Shown: positions 59,320 to 64,000 of the stretch, piece after piece | How the letters are laid out: every line of letters begins with the position of its first letter | Position numbering within the stretch: position 1 is the first letter of the stretch | NCBI RefSeq assembly: GCF_006345805.1 | Contig: NW_021832845.1 | Span: 1 to 64,000 of the forward strand | Length of the DNA stretch: 64,000 nucleotides | Reading direction: 5' to 3' | From: Octopus sinensis | Lineage: Eukaryota | Program-made: the position numbers and the translations under genes | The notes under the pieces: model-generated | The model's database searches: none | Seen by the model: only the letters and a program-made list of their open reading frames with translations | Told to the model about the DNA's origin: nothing

Positions 59320-60039
59320 TATGTATTGATTAAGTCTTTCCTTGTTTGTTTTGCAAAATAGTGGTTTTGTCTCTAATAATATTTTATATATATATATATA
59401 TACACACACACATATATATCCATTTGTTTATCTATGTATCTATTCTCCTATCTATCAATATATATATGTGTGTGTGTGCGTGTGTATATATCTATTTATA
59501 CATATATATACACATACATATTTCCTATCAATATATATATGTATATATATATATATGTATATACACACACACACACAAGTAGCTAGATAGATAGATATAC
59601 AGACAGACAGACATACACATCACCATTGCTCACTAATGCAGTAAAGTGTATGTATGTATACAATATATATTGTGTGTGTATATATATATATGTGTGTGTG
59701 TATACAATATATACTATATATATATATATATATATAAACATATACATATACACACACACACACACTTATATATATGCATGTGTGTGTGTGTTAAGGTGAC
59801 ATAGATATACTCCACAGGATATATAATAATTAGTTTTAGAGAGATATTTCTAATGAAAAGTGCTCAACACCTGTTCATCTGAATTATGAATTATCTGGGG
59901 CTATGCCATAAGTCTTAACAGTGAAAGGGGAAACTGAAAGAGTAAGGTAACAATGTCCCCATACTAAGCATAATGGCAATGAGAACAGTTATATATGTGT
60001 GTGTGTGCATATATATATATATATATATATTTATATATG

Positions 60040-60072
<33 letters not shown>

Positions 60073-60189
60073 GTATATATATATATGTGTATATATATAT
60101 ATTATATATATATATGTATATATATATATGTATATATATATATGTATAATATATATATATATATATATATATATGTTATATATATATAG

Positions 60190-60225
<36 letters not shown>

Positions 60226-60257
60226 GTATGTATATATATATATATAATATATATAGT

Positions 60258-60298
<41 letters not shown>

Positions 60299-60480
60299 TA
60301 TGTATGTATATATATATGTATGTATTATATATATATATGTATATATAATATATATATGTATATATATGTATATATGTATGTATATATATATGTATATATA
60401 TGTATGTATATATATGTATATATATATATGTATATATATATGTATATATATATATATATCTATGTATATATATATATGTA
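59320..60480. repeat. (TA)n/(TG)n/(CA)n low-complexity tract
   Basis: Dinucleotide-rich; source of spurious YI-repeat ORFs. Confidence 0.9.
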
Positions 60481-61325
60481 CTAGCAGAATTGCCCGGCGT
60501 TGCTCGGGGCTGAATTGCTTGAAAGTACTGTTAATGATTGCACTGAATTATGATGATTATTCAGGCAAATATTGAAATAAGCTTACGGTGGGAGATAAGG
60601 ACTTAACGATCAAACGTGTGCCATTGCATTGTTTTGGGGGAACCAAATTTCTGATGAGCATTATAGGGGCACTAACTTTAAGTTTGAGAAAGTGTGGTGG
60701 TAGTCCGGGGTGCTCAAAGGAATTAAGTACCTCTATTGGATAGTTGATGACGTCCTCTGGGTCAGGAGTTGTATCGATAGACTGATATACATCGACTTCC
60801 CTAGGAATGAGTTTTAGCATTTCATCATTAATATGGTGAACAGTTTTATTCCTCGGGGCCAGTATAGCCTTTTTGCCAATCCAATCCATAGTCTGATAAT
60901 TAGCTTGTAAATCTGGGAACACTGCATCTCTGAGATCAGAAGGCGTCTTAACAATGGTACAAATGGAATCGATGGCAATATTACCATTTTCATCCCCTGG
61001 TATTTTGCCTTCGCCAAGTGCAAGGAGAGTGTGAGGAAATGCTGGTGATGTGATATTACGTCGCATATGAGCACGCATATTGGTGTGAAGTTTGAGAGTT
61101 ACTTCCGTTTATTTTAAAAAATATGCATTAAAATGGAAAAAAATGATGGTAAATTATTTGTAAAATCATAGACTCATCGTAGACGCGCGCTAATACCCAG
61201 AAGGGCTCGATATGAATCACGACTATAAGATACCCGGTTTTGGTTAAACTGCATCGCAAAATGTGGGAGTAGTTAGGAATCTAAATCGGAGTAGACAGAC
61301 ACACAACCTTTCTTTTATATATAAA
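60481..61325 (-). mobile_element. Internally deleted Helitron retaining a Pif1-like helicase fragment (60557-61078)
   Basis: CTAG end with GCAACGCCGGGC hairpin; LLALGEGK, AILAPRN..V..IN, YPIEVLNSFEHPGLPPH.LKLKV.APIMLIRNL.PPKQCNGTRLIV. Confidence 0.88.
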
Positions 61326-62089
61326 TACATACATACACACACACATACATACATACACACACACACACACATGCATACATACATATACACATAAACCGAA
61401 TAAAAAATTTCAGTTATCTCTCTCTTTCACACATTACTCTCTCTGTCTCTTCACACACATTAGCAGAAGCACTTCACTTACACAACATAGTGTCTGTCTC
61501 CCACACTCCATCAAACACACACACACACACACATGTACATCAATGAGTCCCATGCACGGTAACTTGAAAGGAACTTCCCTCGTCATACAATCGCTTTCTC
61601 TTAGTCTCTTTCGCTCTCATTACTTATGTAAAAAAATAAAAGTTTTTTCTATGTGTGTAAAGAGGAAGTGGAAGCAGAGTGAAAGAATCACTCACTACAG
61701 TAAGTCAATTACTTTCGTTTTATTCCTTGCCCACTGTGTGTGTGCGTTTGCGTGTGGTGTAAACCAGACTAAGAAAAGCATTTGACACACACACCAGAAT
61801 GTGAGTTTTCTGTAAATTTTGCTTAACTGGAGTTTAAATTTTAAAAACTGGACCTGGCATGACGCGATGCATTGTACTCTTAAAACTGCTAGGTAAATTG
61901 TAATTGAAGAAATCCTATATTGTAGATTTGTATAACTCCCAAAGGGAGGCAGATAAAATCTGCCTTTTATAATAAGAGATATATGTATATATATATATAT
62001 ATGTATATCTATATGTATATATATATGTATATATATATATATATCTATATGTATATATATATATATGTATAATATATATATGTATATAT

Positions 62090-62137
<48 letters not shown>

Positions 62138-62147
62138 TATATATATA

Positions 62148-62541
62148 CTAGCAGTATCGCCCGGCGTTGCTCGGGTTTGTAAGGGAAATAATTATATAAG
62201 CATTTTTAGAGATGTTAAGTATAATAGCCATCTCAATATGGCTAACCACAAGGGGGAGGGGTGTTACTGTAGCTTTTTACGTTCTGAGATTTAATAATAA
62301 ATTTTAGAGAGTTACTTCCCTTATATATGTCAAAAATGGATTAAAAATGGGAAAAATTGATGGTAAATTTTTTTTTAAATCGTAGACTCATCGTAGACGC
62401 GCGCTAATACCCAGACGGTCTCGATATGAATCACGACTATAAGATACCCGCTTTTAGTTAAACTGCACCGCAAAATGTGGGAGTAGTTAGGAATCTAAAT
62501 CGTAGGAGACAGACACACAACCTCACTTTTATATATAAAGA
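62148..62541 (-). mobile_element. Non-autonomous Helitron-like element
   Basis: A|TC 5' end at 62541, CTAG 3' end at 62148-62151; 5' part shared with 61130-61325, 3' part shared with 577-960. Confidence 0.82.
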
Positions 62542-62701
62542 TTTCCTCTATTTGCTTAATATTGAGGTCTCTTTCTTTCTTTTGTTATCTTACTGTTTTT
62601 AACAATATACATATATATATATATAAATATATATATAGTTACAGAGATGTACTTGCATAGCAAGTGACTTGATCTGAGATCGTGTGCTGGAACGAAAACA
62701 G

Positions 62702-62964
62702 TTGCAGCGTTGAAGGTGTTTATAAGCCATTTAAGAAACACACAAAAACCGTTAGATTCACTTCAACATTTAAATTTAATTTGTCAAAATATTTTCGTCA
62801 CTTTGGGACCGCGACCTGTTAGCACGATATTTTTGTCAGTGAACAGGTCGCGGTCTGAAAGCGACGAAAATATTTTGGCAAATGAAATTTAAATGTTGAA
62901 GTGAATGTAACGGTTTTTGTTTGTGTGTTTCTTAAATGGCTTACAAACACCTTCCACGCTGCAA
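62702..62964. mobile_element. Foldback MITE (~118-bp arms, short loop)
   Basis: TTGCAGCGTTGAAGGTGTTT...GACCGCGACCTGTT is inverted as AACAGGTCGCGGTC...AAACACCTTCCACGCTGCAA. Confidence 0.8.
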
Positions 62965-63287
62965 TATATATATACACACATATATATATATATGTATGTA
63001 TGCATGTATGTGTGTGTGTGTGCGTGTCTGTGCTTGTGATTGTCCTCCACCACTGCTTGACAACGAATGTTGGTTTGTTTACACCCCTGTCACCTAGTGG
63101 TTTGACAAAGGAAACAGATAGAATAAGTACAATGCTTACAAAAATAAAACTGGAGTTGATTCATTAAACTACAATTCTTCAAGGCATTGCCCCAGCATGG
63201 CCACAGACCAATGGCTGGAAAAAGCAGAAGAATAAAAGAATACATTCTCTGCTTTGGTCATATGTTCACCCTCACACACACACACAT

Positions 63288-63321
<34 letters not shown>

Positions 63322-63369
63322 GCACGTTAGCTTACAATTTTATTTATATATTTGCTTGTCTATGTGTTG

Positions 63370-63697
63370 GAAGAGGAAGTGGGAGGCAGAGTGAAAGAAT
63401 CACTCACTACAGTAAGTGAATTACTTTCGTTTTATTCCTTGCCCACTGTGTGTGTGCGTTTGCGTGTGGTGTAAACCAGACTAAGAAAAGCATTTGACAC
63501 ACACACCAGAATGTGAGATTTCTGTAAATTTTGCTTAACTGGAGTTTAAATTATAAAAACTGGACCTGGCATGACGCGATGCATTGTACTCTTAAAATTG
63601 CTAGGTAAATTGTAATTGAAGAAATCCAATATTGTAGATTTGTATAACTCCCAAAGGGAGGCAGATAAAATCTGCCTTTTATAATAAGAGATATATG

Positions 63698-63728
<31 letters not shown>

Positions 63729-63845
63729 GTATATGTATATGTATGTATATGTATATATATATATATGTATATATATAATATATATATATATATGTATATG
63801 TATACATGTATATATATACATGTATATATGTATACATGTATATAT

Positions 63846-63909
<64 letters not shown>

Positions 63910-64000
63910 TAGCAGTATCGCCCGGCGTTGCTCGGGTGTGTAAGGGAAATAATTATATAAGCATTTTTAGAGATGTTAAGTATAATAGCCATCTCAATAT
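63370..64000 (-). repeat. Second copy of the ~61660-62260 block, including a Helitron 3' end at 63909 (cut by window end)
   Basis: AAGAGGAAGTGG.AGCAGAGTGAAAGAATC...AAATCTGCCTTTTATAATAAGAGAT-(TA)n-ACTAGCAGTATCGCCCGGCGTTGCTCGGG occurs in both copies. Confidence 0.85.

Noticed and set aside
1021-63240. SINE heads as tRNA genes
   Set aside because: They have A/B-box-like sequence but no complete cloverleaf, and continue into SINE bodies and tails.
59342-63912. Numerous YI/CV-repeat ORFs
   Set aside because: Translations of (TA)n/(TG)n tracts.

Overview
Eukaryotic nuclear DNA, very probably from an octopod cephalopod. This is inferred from the mitochondrial gene order in the NUMT and from tRNA-headed SINE and RTE families; no database search was run. 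The window is overwhelmingly transposon and repeat derived. Host coding sequence I can support: the last coding exon of MRPS21 (1980-2157, +); the first two coding exons of AATF/BFR2 (17028-17106 and 20505-20678, +, splice phases match); and a candidate two-exon membrane-protein fragment on the - strand (24233-23864). Mobile elements: a full-length Gypsy (Mag-like) LTR element with 5-bp TSD that splits a SINE and itself contains an RTE; two long RTE LINEs plus many RTE 3' tails; a 1291-bp irritans-type mariner; a Helitron family with shared termini, one copy keeping a helicase fragment; Penelope remnants; CR1, CRE-like, hAT and piggyBac-like remnants; many MITEs, foldbacks and SINEs. There are three large tandem arrays: 169 bp x ~26 grown inside a TTAA MITE just upstream of AATF, 85 bp x ~42, and 67 bp x ~42 grown from an RTE 3' UTR. 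About 3.5 kb of colinear mitochondrial DNA (nad5-trnH-nad4-nad4L-trnT-trnS2-cob) is spread over ~11.5 kb by at least 11 later insertions. Best leads: three minimal hammerhead-ribozyme-like motifs in Penelope-type tails; a 38/40-bp intronic inverted repeat that loops out an 84-nt symmetric exon; satellites caught arising from a MITE and from a LINE 3' UTR; and the NUMT as a dated landing pad for TEs. Repeat boundaries are by eye and approximate unless a TSD or TIR is given.
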